Shown here in pieces: positions 19,994 through 30,129 of a stretch of DNA of 64,000 bases. This stretch comes from Eubacteriales bacterium (GTDB lineage: Bacteria > Bacillota > Clostridia > Oscillospirales > CAG-382). Position 1 is the first letter of the stretch; each line of letters starts with the position of its first letter. The stretch spans positions 1,377 through 65,376 of the forward strand of contig JAZQKV010000105.1 of assembly GCA_045542335.1 (NCBI GenBank), in the 5' to 3' direction. The notes beneath the pieces were generated by a model. That model searched no databases and was not told the origin of the DNA. It saw only the letters and a list, made by a program, of their open reading frames with translations. Made by a program: the position numbers and the translations under genes.

Positions 19994-21052
19994 TTATTGC
20001 TCTTTTAAAGCGTTTTGCTTTCGAAGCTGTCCGCAAGAGGCGTTTATGTCTGAACCGAGCTTTCTTCGCACAGTTGCCGTGAAGCCTTTCTTTTCGAGAA
20101 AAGCAACAAACTCCTCAATGCGCTTTGCAGAGCTTTTTCTGTAATTCTTTTCTTTCACGTCGTTTAGCGGAATGAGATTTATGTGGCAGAGCATACCCGA
20201 AAGAAGCTTACAAAGCTGGGATGCCGCCTCGGGAGTGTCGTTTACGCCGTCAATCATGGCATATTCAAAGGAAATGCGTCTGCCTGTTATGGCTATGTAG
20301 TCGTGGCACGCCTTTATGAGCTCGTCGATACTCCATTTTTTTGCAACCGGCATAATTGCCGCACGAGCCTCCTGTGTGGGAGCATGAAGCGAAACCGAAA
20401 GGGTAATCGGAAGATTTTCTTTTGCAAGCTTGCGGATACCGTCGCAAAGACCGCAGGTTGAAAGGGAAATGTGGCGGTAACCGATGTTACGCCCCTCGGG
20501 CAAATTGACAAGCTTCAAAAAGCGGATGCTGTTGTCGAAATTATCAAGCGGCTCGCCAATTCCCATCATGACGATGTTTGAAACACGCTCTCCCGTGTCC
20601 TTTTCAGCCGCAAGGAGTTGTCCGAGAATTTCGGATGCTGTGAGATGTCTTGCAAGACCGGAAATGGTTGAAGCGCAGAAAGAGCAACCCATGCGACAGC
20701 CTGCCTGTGTGGAAATGCAGATTGTGTTGCCGTGATTATAGCGCATAAAAACGCTTTCAACACATTCACCGTCGTGCATTTCAAAGAGATATTTGATTGT
20801 TCCGTCAATTTGCGAAACATATTTTTCACGAACCTTTGGAAGCGAAATATAGCAGGTTTCTTCAAGCACATTTCTTAGTGCGGCAGGAATGTTTGTCATT
20901 TCCGAAAAATCTGAAATTCCCTTTGAAAGCCACGAAAACACCTGCTTTGCACGGTATTTTTCCGCTTTTACACCATATTTTGCCGAAATGTCCGCAAAAA
21001 GCTGCTCAATTTCGCTTATGAACATACTTGCAATATCAATCTTTTCCTGCAT
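19994..21052 (-). CDS. rlmN: 23S rRNA/tRNA m2A methyltransferase (radical SAM)
   Basis: CISTQAGCRMGCSFCAS, MGIGEP, SLHAP, DINASCGQL. Confidence 0.95.
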   Translation of the reverse strand: MQEKIDIASMFISEIEQLFADISAKYGVKAEKYRAKQVFSWLSKGISDFSEMTNIPAALRNVLEETCYISLPKVREKYVSQIDGTIKYLFEMHDGECVESVFMRYNHGNTICISTQAGCRMGCSFCASTISGLARHLTASEILGQLLAAEKDTGERVSNIVMMGIGEPLDNFDNSIRFLKLVNLPEGRNIGYRHISLSTCGLCDGIRKLAKENLPITLSVSLHAPTQEARAAIMPVAKKWSIDELIKACHDYIAITGRRISFEYAMIDGVNDTPEAASQLCKLLSGMLCHINLIPLNDVKEKNYRKSSAKRIEEFVAFLEKKGFTATVRRKLGSDINASCGQLRKQNALKEQ

Positions 21053-21103
21053 ATAATCACCTCCCGATAAACACTTTTAAAACAAGAGAATACATTTAAT
21101 TAT

Positions 21104-22423
21104 TTATTGTTTTTTTACTATTTTTGCTCCGAAAAAGCCGTCTGTGTTGGTTTTATGTGGCATGAAGGTCACAAAGCCGTCGTCGGTTCCGAAAAGGTCG
21201 GTGGAGCAAAGCTCATAACCCTCATTTCCATGCTCGGCTATGAATTTGTTTACAATGTCTTCATTCTCCGCCTTGCGGAGAGTGCAGGTGGAGTAAATCA
21301 GTGTGCCGCCGGGCTTCAGATATTTCACGGACTGACACAGAATGTCATACTGAACAGAGGGAAGATTTTCAATTTCGTCCTTTGATTTATGGCGAATGTC
21401 GGGTTTCTTTCCGATAACTCCGAGACCCGAGCAGGGAACGTCACAGATAACATAATCCGCTTTGCCGAAAAGATTCTCGTCGGGATTTCTTGCATCCCTT
21501 GCGGCGGCGGTTATGTTGTCAAGCCCAAGACGCTCTGCTCCTTTTTGGATAAGAGTAGTCCTGTTTTCATGCAGGTCAAAGGAATAAACCTTGCCTTTGC
21601 CGAAAACTGTCATTGCCGCTGAAAAAGTCTTTCCGCCGGGGCAGGCACAGCAATCTACAATCACTGTGTCTTGCTTCACATCCCGAATCATGGATGCCAC
21701 CATCTGAGAAGCCTCGTCCTGGACAAAGAAAAGACCGTTGTCAAAGCCATATAAATCCGTTGCCGGGAAAGAGCCGTCCATGCGTATTCCAACATCGGAA
21801 TACCTGCAGGGAGATGCTTTTGTGCCAAGAGCCGAAAGCATTTTCTCACGGGTTGTTTTGACGGTGTTTACACGGAGAGTGATGTATGGCTTGAGATCTG
21901 AAAAGGCAAACGCCATGCTTTTTGCCGCAGATGCCCCATAGTCGTCACGCCAGAGGCGAAGAATCCATTCGGGGATGCTTGTCACAACCGAAAGAGCCTT
22001 GAAGCCTCCCTCGGAGGTGAGAATGGAGGGAAGCTCCTCCTTTTTGCGGCAAATGCTTCTCAAAACTGCATTTATAAAGTTTGCCGCACCTGTTTTTGTG
22101 ATGCGTTTGCTTATTTCAACCGCTTCGTTGCACACGGCATTGTCGGGGACCCTGTCCATGTACATAATCTGATAAACGGAAATGCGCAAAATGCAAAGCA
22201 CAACGGGGTCAATCTTTTCAAGTGCAACCGTTGAAAACTTAGAAATAATATAATCAAGCGTAATAAGCCTTTCCGCCGAGCCGTAGAGCAACGCCGTGAA
22301 AAAGCTTTTGTCAAGACCCTCAAACTTGTATTTCTTTATAATACTGTCAAGCTCAAGGTTGACAAAACGCCCGTTTTTAATGCATGAATTAAGCGACAGA
22401 GCCGCTGCTTTTCTCGGATTCAA
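21104..22423 (-). CDS. rsmB: 16S rRNA m5C967 methyltransferase
   Basis: NusB-like N-terminus, QDEASQ, CACPGGKT, DVPCSGLG, YSTCT. TTG start. Confidence 0.93.
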   Translation of the reverse strand: MNPRKAAALSLNSCIKNGRFVNLELDSIIKKYKFEGLDKSFFTALLYGSAERLITLDYIISKFSTVALEKIDPVVLCILRISVYQIMYMDRVPDNAVCNEAVEISKRITKTGAANFINAVLRSICRKKEELPSILTSEGGFKALSVVTSIPEWILRLWRDDYGASAAKSMAFAFSDLKPYITLRVNTVKTTREKMLSALGTKASPCRYSDVGIRMDGSFPATDLYGFDNGLFFVQDEASQMVASMIRDVKQDTVIVDCCACPGGKTFSAAMTVFGKGKVYSFDLHENRTTLIQKGAERLGLDNITAAARDARNPDENLFGKADYVICDVPCSGLGVIGKKPDIRHKSKDEIENLPSVQYDILCQSVKYLKPGGTLIYSTCTLRKAENEDIVNKFIAEHGNEGYELCSTDLFGTDDGFVTFMPHKTNTDGFFGAKIVKKQ

Positions 22424-22507
22424 GTTAGCTTACCGTACCTTTCAAAGTGTATGCAATGCTTCTCACGATGCAAAGAATGAGTGTGGGAAGCCGCAGTCAA
22501 ATAACAG

Positions 22508-23185
22508 TTATCTTCTGCGATTTGTTACAGCAATAAGGCGGAGCAGGTTTGCAAGAGCAACCGCCATCGCCGCAACGTAGGTCATTGCAGCCGCAGACAA
22601 AACATTTTTCACGCCTTTTATTTCATCGTCGCCGAATCTGCCTGTGCCGGAAAGAGCCGCAAGGGCACGGGAGCTTGCGTTGAACTCAACGGGAAGCGTT
22701 ACAACCTGGAAAAACGCCGCAAGCGCAAAGGCGATAATCCCGAGGGTTACAAGGTTAAACGCACCAAGAACAAGGCCGATTAAAACAAGGGGCATTGCAA
22801 GGTTTGAGCCAAGGGAGCAAATGGGGAGAATTGCGGTGCGAAGCTTTATCGGACCGTAACCTACGGCATATTGTACCGCATGACCTGCTTCGTGTGCCGC
22901 AACGCCGATTGCCGTGACGGTAGTTTTGTCGCAGGTTGTTTCGGAGAGCCTTATAACATTTGCTTTGGGGTCATAATGGTCGGTTAAGTCGCCTGCAACT
23001 CTTTCGATACCAACGTCATAAAGTCCGTTGGCGTTGAGAATCATTCTTGCGGCATCTGCGCCGGTCATGCCCTGCGAATTGGAAATCTTTGAATATTTTT
23101 TCGATGTGGAAGAAACCTTCGCCTGTGCCCAGAATGCAAAAATCATTGCAGGGATAACAAGCACAACATAGTATATATCAATCAT
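22508..23185 (-). CDS. Membrane zinc metallopeptidase (YugP-like, Zn_peptidase_2)
   Basis: LTDHYDP, AAHEAGHAVQ, TLPVEFNASSRA, AAAMTYVAA. Confidence 0.88.
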   Translation of the reverse strand: MIDIYYVVLVIPAMIFAFWAQAKVSSTSKKYSKISNSQGMTGADAARMILNANGLYDVGIERVAGDLTDHYDPKANVIRLSETTCDKTTVTAIGVAAHEAGHAVQYAVGYGPIKLRTAILPICSLGSNLAMPLVLIGLVLGAFNLVTLGIIAFALAAFFQVVTLPVEFNASSRALAALSGTGRFGDDEIKGVKNVLSAAAMTYVAAMAVALANLLRLIAVTNRRR

Positions 23186-23244
23186 TGTGACACCTCTTTA
23201 ATGTGAAGTTTTGCCGAATGAAAGCTTAAAATGAAAAACTCTGA

Positions 23245-24216
23245 TCAGCTGAATTTTGTGTTCGGAGTGACCTTTCTGCCGTTTACAAGGTCTGCCGCAG
23301 AAAGAAGCTTACTTCCCTCGGGCTTTGCGGCATCAAGTGAAATAAATCCGTCTGCACACTTGATGAAAATTTTGCCTTTTGCCGCATAGACAACCTGTCC
23401 GAAATCGGCATCGGAAGCATTGAGGGGTATGAGAGAAAGCTCGGCTTGAGTGCAGATGTGTGCAGTGCAGAGCTTGAATATTTTGCCGTCGCAGGTTGTT
23501 TTTGCTGTTGGAAACGGGTAAAGTCCACGGATTCTGTTGTGAATTTCAGCCGTCGGTTTTGCCCAGTTTATAACCTCGTCGTCGGCTGTAATTTTTGAAG
23601 CGTAGGTTGCAAGGGAATTGTCCTGCTTGACCGGGCAAAGTGTGCCTTGTCTTATCATGTCCATAACCTCGACAATCATACTTCCGCCAAGGTCGGCGAG
23701 AATGTCGTACATTTCGCCTGTGTTTGCATCGGGAGAAATTTCAACCTCTCTGCAAAGAAGCATATCACCTGTGTCAAGACCCGAATCCATTTGCATAACC
23801 GTGACACCTGTTTTTGTTTTGCCGTCAATGACCGCGCGTTGAATGGGTGCGGCACCTCTGTATTCGGGGAGAAGCGAGCCGTGAATGTTAATACAGCCGT
23901 ATTTGGGAAAATCAAGCACATAATCGGGGAGGATTCTGCCATATGCTGCAACAACTGCAACATCCGGCTTCAATTGCTCAAGAAGCGGCAGAATTGCGCC
24001 GTCTTTAAGTTTTTCCGGCTGATAGACCTCAAAGCCTGCTTCAAGGGCATATCTCTTGACGTCGCAGAATTTTTGCTTCATGCCTCTGCCTGCGGGCTTA
24101 TCCGGCTGTGTTATAACGCCGACAATGTTTTCACCTGCAAGGTGCAGGGCACGCAGTGCCGCCTCGGCAAAATCGGGTGTTCCCATAAAAAGTATTCTCA
24201 AATCACTTTTGCTCAT
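23245..24216 (-). CDS. fmt: Methionyl-tRNA formyltransferase
   Basis: FMGTPDFA, TQPDKPAGRG, AAYGRIL, NIHGSLLPEYRGAAPIQ. Confidence 0.96.
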   Translation of the reverse strand: MSKSDLRILFMGTPDFAEAALRALHLAGENIVGVITQPDKPAGRGMKQKFCDVKRYALEAGFEVYQPEKLKDGAILPLLEQLKPDVAVVAAYGRILPDYVLDFPKYGCINIHGSLLPEYRGAAPIQRAVIDGKTKTGVTVMQMDSGLDTGDMLLCREVEISPDANTGEMYDILADLGGSMIVEVMDMIRQGTLCPVKQDNSLATYASKITADDEVINWAKPTAEIHNRIRGLYPFPTAKTTCDGKIFKLCTAHICTQAELSLIPLNASDADFGQVVYAAKGKIFIKCADGFISLDAAKPEGSKLLSAADLVNGRKVTPNTKFS

Positions 24217-24262
24217 GTCAGTTCCCTCCTTGTTCTTTCGGGAGTTGCTTGTGGGGTGAGTT

Positions 24263-24751
24263 TTAACCGTCAACCTCAACGTCGTCTTCGTCGAGCATTT
24301 CGATCACCTTGTCAATGTAAAGTATGCCGTCAAGGTGGTCATACTCATGGCAAAGGCATCTTCCGAAAAGCTCTGATCCTGTGTAGGTGAACACCTGTCC
24401 GTTTCTGTCCTCGGCTTCAACTGTCACAGTCATCGGGCGGCGTGTTATGCCGAATTTTCCGGGGATTGAAAGACAGCCTTCGGCATCTTCCTGGGTTCCC
24501 TCGGTTTTTATGATTTTGGGGTTGATGAATTCAACAATGTGATTTTTTCCGTCTTCAACGCCGTCGTCGATGATGAAAATTCTCCGGAGTATTCCAACCT
24601 GCGGTGCGGCAAGTCCAACACCGCCGGACTTTATGAGAGTGTCTTTCATGTCATCGAGCAAGGTTATAAGACGGTCTGTCATTTTTTCAACGGGCTTGCT
24701 TGTTTTGCGAAGAACTTCGTCGCCCTCTTTGAGTATCTGAAGTATAGCCAT
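24263..24751 (-). CDS. def: Peptide deformylase
   Basis: GVGLAAPQVG, EGCLS, HEYDHLDG. Confidence 0.96.
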   Translation of the reverse strand: MAILQILKEGDEVLRKTSKPVEKMTDRLITLLDDMKDTLIKSGGVGLAAPQVGILRRIFIIDDGVEDGKNHIVEFINPKIIKTEGTQEDAEGCLSIPGKFGITRRPMTVTVEAEDRNGQVFTYTGSELFGRCLCHEYDHLDGILYIDKVIEMLDEDDVEVDG

Positions 24752-24839
24752 TTTATCCTCCGTAATATGTTGTTGGAAGTTTATATTTATTGCTTTTCGG
24801 CTTTTGACGGACACATTTGAGTTGTGTCTTTATTGCCGT

Positions 24840-27404
24840 TTAAAGCATGGAAGTCGGGTTTATGTCAAGGGAAACAGATGTCTTGCCCTTGGAGTTTGTG
24901 AGAAATTCCGTGTAGGCTGTGGAAAGAAGCTCACGGAGCCGTTTGGAATTTTTGCATTTGATTATGTATTTCATGCGGTATTTGCCAAGCACCTTGTAGA
25001 TGCCTGCCTTGAAAGGTCCATAAACAATCATTTTGACATCAGGAAAGCTTTGCCTTGCAATATCGTCAAAGCTTTTTCCGAAAGCGGTTGATGCACGGAT
25101 AACGTCGTTTTCGGTTTCCGAGGTGAAAGTGACGGTTACGATGTCGCAGAACGGCGGAAAAGATGTTGCCGAGCGCAGAGCTGCCTCACCTTCATAAAAG
25201 CTCTCGTAATCCTGTGCGGAAGCAAGGGTGAGAACTTCGTTTTCGGGGCTGTATGTCTGAATGACCGCTTTGCCGGGGATATCACCTCTGCCGGCTCTGC
25301 CGATAACCTGTGTCACAAGAGAAAAGGTTCTCTCGGAGGCTCTGAAATCGCCGACGTAAAGAGAGGTGTCTGCAAGCACGATTCCAACAAGGGAAACTCT
25401 GCCGAAATCGTGTCCCTTGGCAACCATCTGTGTACCGACGAGAATGTCTGCCTCGCCGTTACGGAAGCTGTCAAGAATTTTGTCGTGTCCCATTTTGCCG
25501 GAGGTTGTGTCGAGGTCCATGCGAAGAACACGGGCACTTGGCAAACGCTCGCAAAGCTCTTCTTCAAGCATCTGAATTCCTGTTCCCACAAATCCGATGT
25601 GAGATGCACCGCATGAGGGGCAGACCTGTGGAATTGCGGAGGAATAGCCGCAATAGTGGCAGACAAGCCGTCCGCCTGAGCCATAGTCGTGCTTGTGGTG
25701 AGTCATTGCAACACTGCAATTGGGACATTCCGCAGTGTAACCGCAGACACGGCAGGTTACAAGGGAATTATAGCCTCTTTTGTTGAGAAGAAGCACCGCC
25801 TGTTCGCCTTTTTCAAGACATTCGGAAAGACTTGCAAAAAGCTCGTTGCCGATAAGGCGTGACTTTATTGACACTACCTCCGCTTTGTCTGCACTGCTTT
25901 CGCCGTTTTCACGCAGGTCAGATACCGAAACTGTCGGAAGAACTGCATTGCCGTAGCGTGAGCAAAGCTTGACAAGGGAATAGATGCCGTTTTTTGCCTT
26001 TGTGAAGCTTTCAAGAGAGGGGGTTGCCGAAGCAAGAAGCATAAAAGCCTTTGAAAAGGCGCATCTGTAACGGGCAATGTCCCTTGCATGATATTTGGGG
26101 TTCATGTCAGCCTTGAAAGAGGATTCCTGTTCTTCGTCAAGAACAATCATGCCGAGGTTTTTCACAGGCGCAAAGATTGCCGACCTTGTTCCGATGACGA
26201 TGTTTCCGCAGCCACTCTTGATTTTGCGCCATGCATCAGTTCTTTCACCGTCTGAAAGGGCAGAATGAATGACGGAAACTCTTTCACCGTAACGCTTGAT
26301 AAAAATGTTGACGGTCTGGGAGGTCAGCGCAATTTCGGGCACAAGAACAATAACATCCTTGCCGTCGGAAATGCACTTGTCGGTGAGCTTTAGAATAACC
26401 TGCGTTTTTCCGCTTCCCGTGACACCGAAAAGCAATGCCGCTTTGGCATCTTTGCTGCTGTAAAGCTCGGAAAGCTCGGAAAATGCCGCCTGTTGCTCAT
26501 CTGAAAGGGCAATGTCCTGCACTCCGTATTGAGCTTGTTCGTTTGAAACGAAGGCATAGGGCGTTCTGTTAACACGGACATCGCAAAGAGCAAGAGCCTT
26601 TTTCTTTATAAGCGTGTTAATTGTTGAAACGCTGATGCCGTAGACCTGGGAAAGCTTTGAACGGGTGAGGGGGGGACATTCAGAAACAATTGATAAAACT
26701 TCTTTCTGAACGTCGGAAAAGGTTTTGTTGTCGGCACAAAGAGCCAAGTCGAGCTCCTTTTCCGAAAGAGCCAACAAAACCTGTTTTTCAACTTTTGTAT
26801 TGATACTGAATTTCAGGTCATCAAAGGTTTTGATGCGTTTTTCCTTAATTGCTTTTTTTACAAGCTCCGAAATCGAAAGCTCCTCCGTCATCTTTGAAAA
26901 TTCCCTTTTTATGTCGTCAAAGCAAGGGGAGTTACTTTTGATATACTCTTCAATTTCGGCTTCAAGCTCGGTTTTGTTATTCTGCGGAGCATTGCCGTGA
27001 ACGGTGTTGCCGACATATTTGTAACGGGTAACCGATTCAAAGTCAAGTCCCGGAGGAAGCATTGCCTTTGCCGCTTCGCCCACTGTGCAAAAGAGTGTTT
27101 CCTTCATGTGAAGACAAAGCGCAACGAGATCGGGACACAGGCAAAAATCGTCTGTGTGCGAGGCATAAATTTCCTTCAGGTTTCTGATTTCCGAGTTTTG
27201 AAAAATCCGGACAACAATTCCGGACTTGCGGTTGTTTGCTCTGCCGAAAGGGACAATGACGGGCGTTCCGGGGAAAACCTTTCCACGAAGCTCCGGTGGG
27301 ATTGAGTAGCTGTAAGCCTTGTCTGCCGCATAGGGAATATCAAGCAGATGCACCTCTGCGAACATGAAGCTGTTTATATCACAGCCGACTTTTGCATTTT
27401 CCAC
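24840..27404 (-). CDS. priA: Primosomal protein N' (replication restart helicase)
   Basis: GVTGSGKT, LVPEIALT, DEEQ, CxxC Zn motifs, GTQMVAKGHDF, QVIGRAGR. Confidence 0.95.
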   Translation of the reverse strand: MENAKVGCDINSFMFAEVHLLDIPYAADKAYSYSIPPELRGKVFPGTPVIVPFGRANNRKSGIVVRIFQNSEIRNLKEIYASHTDDFCLCPDLVALCLHMKETLFCTVGEAAKAMLPPGLDFESVTRYKYVGNTVHGNAPQNNKTELEAEIEEYIKSNSPCFDDIKREFSKMTEELSISELVKKAIKEKRIKTFDDLKFSINTKVEKQVLLALSEKELDLALCADNKTFSDVQKEVLSIVSECPPLTRSKLSQVYGISVSTINTLIKKKALALCDVRVNRTPYAFVSNEQAQYGVQDIALSDEQQAAFSELSELYSSKDAKAALLFGVTGSGKTQVILKLTDKCISDGKDVIVLVPEIALTSQTVNIFIKRYGERVSVIHSALSDGERTDAWRKIKSGCGNIVIGTRSAIFAPVKNLGMIVLDEEQESSFKADMNPKYHARDIARYRCAFSKAFMLLASATPSLESFTKAKNGIYSLVKLCSRYGNAVLPTVSVSDLRENGESSADKAEVVSIKSRLIGNELFASLSECLEKGEQAVLLLNKRGYNSLVTCRVCGYTAECPNCSVAMTHHKHDYGSGGRLVCHYCGYSSAIPQVCPSCGASHIGFVGTGIQMLEEELCERLPSARVLRMDLDTTSGKMGHDKILDSFRNGEADILVGTQMVAKGHDFGRVSLVGIVLADTSLYVGDFRASERTFSLVTQVIGRAGRGDIPGKAVIQTYSPENEVLTLASAQDYESFYEGEAALRSATSFPPFCDIVTVTFTSETENDVIRASTAFGKSFDDIARQSFPDVKMIVYGPFKAGIYKVLGKYRMKYIIKCKNSKRLRELLSTAYTEFLTNSKGKTSVSLDINPTSML

Positions 27405-27500
27405 CTTTGTCCCCTCCTTTCGTCAAAGCTGTAAGAAAAACGGATGCCATGAGTCTTTACAAAACTTCACACCCACAATCCGTTTTGCTCCCGACTCAGC

Positions 27501-27845
27501 TTATTTGCTTTCTTCGAGAGAAACAATGCCTGTTGCGGCATCAACACCGTTTTCATCGGTGAGAAGCATTTTTGGTGCGCTTTCGGCGATGAGAATTTCT
27601 TCGTTGTTAATCATGTTTATTGCAACCTTAACAGGCTTTTCGTCAAGATATTCTTTCTTGAGAGGGTGACGATCGTAAGCGATTTTCTGAATGGCCTTGT
27701 CGTGAACAGCCTGCTCTGTTGATTCTGCATCACGGGCAACCATCTGCTTGCCTGTTACATATCTTGCAGCCTTTGCAGCGGCAATAACGAGGGTGTATCT
27801 GTTGTACTTGTCCTTTGAAAGTTCTTTGATGGAAGGGGTTACCAT
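27501..27845 (-). CDS. rpoZ: RNA polymerase omega subunit (with internal insertion)
   Basis: PSIKEL...NRYTLVIAAAKAAR and EKPVKVAINMI; sits between gmk and priA. Confidence 0.8.
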   Translation of the reverse strand: MVTPSIKELSKDKYNRYTLVIAAAKAARYVTGKQMVARDAESTEQAVHDKAIQKIAYDRHPLKKEYLDEKPVKVAINMINNEEILIAESAPKMLLTDENGVDAATGIVSLEESK

Positions 27846-27929
27846 AATTCTTCTCCTTTATAAAGTTTATTTGAAATTTTGTTGTTTACTTGAATATAAA
27901 TTTGCCTGTGAAACGTTATTGCACTAAAC

Positions 27930-28568
27930 TCAACAGAAAAACGTTTCAAGCTCGGCTTTGCTGTTGTCGGGGCGAAGAGCAGAAGCTGTGATGATAGCAT
28001 CAAGCTCGTCTGCCGCCTTTGATATTTCACCGTCACGATTGACAATAACATAATCGTAAAGAAAAGCAAAGGGAGCTTCGTGCTTTGCGGCGCAAAGTCG
28101 CTTCAGGATTTTGTCCTCTGTTTCGGTTCCTCTGCCTCTGAGACGGTTTTCGAGAGTGTCGTAGCTTTCGGGAGTGATGAAAACAAAGAGGGCATCGGGG
28201 CGTTTTGCTTTTACCTGGAGTGCGCCCTGAACCTCAATTTCGAGTATGACGTTTTTTCCGTCGTTCAACTGTTTTTCAACGAAATCTCTGGGAGTTCCGT
28301 AAAAGTTGCCGCTGTACTCGGCATATTCAAGGAAGTTGTTTTCCTTAATTTCATTCTGAAAAGCTTCTTTGGTGGTGAAAAAATAGTGCACCCCGTCAAT
28401 CTCGCCCTCACGGGGAGCTCTTGTCACCTTGGAAACCGAATAAACATATTCACCGGGATGCTTTTTGAGAAATTCTGCAAGAACTGTTCCTTTTCCTGCG
28501 CCCGAGGGACCGGAGACAACAAGGATACGTCCTTTTTTAGCGGTGCTTTTGTCAGGAGTTTGTGTCAT
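27930..28568 (-). CDS. gmk: Guanylate kinase
   Basis: [37 protein letters not shown]. Confidence 0.96.
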   Translation of the reverse strand: MTQTPDKSTAKKGRILVVSGPSGAGKGTVLAEFLKKHPGEYVYSVSKVTRAPREGEIDGVHYFFTTKEAFQNEIKENNFLEYAEYSGNFYGTPRDFVEKQLNDGKNVILEIEVQGALQVKAKRPDALFVFITPESYDTLENRLRGRGTETEDKILKRLCAAKHEAPFAFLYDYVIVNRDGEISKAADELDAIITASALRPDNSKAELETFFC

Positions 28569-28839
28569 CTTCATTTCCCTCGCTTTCATCGCTTTCGCCA
28601 ACTTCTTCACCGCTTATTCTGTTGGAAATTGTTTCGGGCTGAATTGCGGAAAGAATGATGTGGTCGCTGTCGGTGATAATAACCGCCCTTGTTCTTCGTC
28701 CGCTTGTTACGTCAATAAGGCGACCCGAATCCTTGGCATCGGAGATATATCTTTTTACGGGTGCGGAATCCGGGCTTGCAAGGGCAACAACCCTGTTTGC
28801 AGAAACCATGTTTCCAAACCCGATGTTTATAAGCTTCAT
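28552..28839 (-). CDS. remA: RemA/DUF370 family protein
   Basis: [44 protein letters not shown]. Confidence 0.92.
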   Translation of the reverse strand: MKLINIGFGNMVSANRVVALASPDSAPVKRYISDAKDSGRLIDVTSGRRTRAVIITDSDHIILSAIQPETISNRISGEEVGESDESEGNEDDTNS

Positions 28840-28923
28840 TTTGTCGTTCCTTTCTTTAAACTGCTGTTGTGTGAAACGGCGAGATCAAACGCCGGTTTTC
28901 TGCAGAAAATGATTGAGCCTTTA

Positions 28924-29823
28924 TTATTCAAGATTCTGAATCTGCTCTCTGATTTTTTCTGCTTCGCTTTTTGCATCAACAACCATCTTTGCAAGCTCGG
29001 CATCGTTTGCCTTTGAGCCGGTTGTGTTTATTTCACGGTTGATCTCCTGAAGAAGAAAATCAATTCTTCTGCCGACAGGCGAAATTTTGTCTGCCGCAAG
29101 GGACTCTTCAAGGAATTCACGAAAGCTTACCATGTGGCTTGAAAGGCGTGTGATTTCCTCGTCAACCGCTGCTTTGTCAGAAAACAGCGCAACCTCGGCA
29201 ACAACCCTTGATTCTTCAAGGGGAATACCCTGTGTCAATTCCTCAATGCGCTTTACAAGACGTTCACGATAGTTTTCAACTATGGTTGGGACACGCTGCT
29301 TGACATTTTCAATGTAGGTGTCAAAGAATCCAAGCTTACTGAGAATATCGTCGCAAAGCCTTTTTCCTTCGGCTTTCTTCATCTCAAAGAATTCTTCAAA
29401 TGCCGGGACAAGGGCGGTGCGAAGTCTGTTCCAAAGAACGTCTGCACCCTCTTCTTCGGGTTTTGCAAGGGTGAAAATATCACGGTTTGCCGCCACACTC
29501 ATGACGCTTATGTCGTCGGAAAGACCATATTCGTCACGGAGCTTGTTAAGGCACGCAAGATAGCCTTTCAGATAGCTTTCATTAAGGGCAATTTCGTCCT
29601 CGCCCTCATCAACCTTTTCGGTGCTGATATATATTTCTATTTTGCCCCTTGTGGCATATTCCGAAACAAGGTTTTTAATCTTGTCCTCAAGGCGGTTAAA
29701 GACCTTGGGCATTTTGCAGGTAATGTCGGTGAAACGGGAATTTACGGACTTTATCTCTACGGTAAATTCATATCCGTCGACAACTGTTTTGGCTCTGCCG
29801 AAGCCTGTCATGCTAAGTATCAT
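28924..29823 (-). CDS. yloC: YicC/YloC family endoribonuclease
   Basis: MILSMTGFGR, EIKSVNSRF, EEITRLSSH, GRRIDFLLQEINREINTTGSK. Confidence 0.93.
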   Translation of the reverse strand: MILSMTGFGRAKTVVDGYEFTVEIKSVNSRFTDITCKMPKVFNRLEDKIKNLVSEYATRGKIEIYISTEKVDEGEDEIALNESYLKGYLACLNKLRDEYGLSDDISVMSVAANRDIFTLAKPEEEGADVLWNRLRTALVPAFEEFFEMKKAEGKRLCDDILSKLGFFDTYIENVKQRVPTIVENYRERLVKRIEELTQGIPLEESRVVAEVALFSDKAAVDEEITRLSSHMVSFREFLEESLAADKISPVGRRIDFLLQEINREINTTGSKANDAELAKMVVDAKSEAEKIREQIQNLE

Positions 29824-30083
29824 TTTATCGAGTCCTTTTCTTTTGTAATTGGCTGAAAATCTTTGCGGAACATTGTGGTCTGAACCCTGAAATGGGTATA
29901 TATACCGACAATAATTCTATCTTAATATTATACCCCGACAAGAGCCGTTTGTCAAGGCATTACAAGAAAAATTCACCTATCTTTAATAAAGATTTTTGTT
30001 TTGAATTCTTTCTCTGTTGATTGCAACTCACCTTGTCCCAAAACGTGTGTGAGCAAAGGCGCATAAACGCCGAAAAACAAGCA

Positions 30084-30112
30084 AAGACCGCCGAGAAAAT
30101 CTCAGCGGTCTT
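30084..30112 (-). terminator. Terminator of the large secreted protein gene
   Basis: AAGACCGCCGAG-aaaat-CTCAGCGGTCTT stem, about 20 nt beyond the stop codon. Confidence 0.6.
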
Positions 30113-30129
30113 GAGTGGTTAATTATAAA

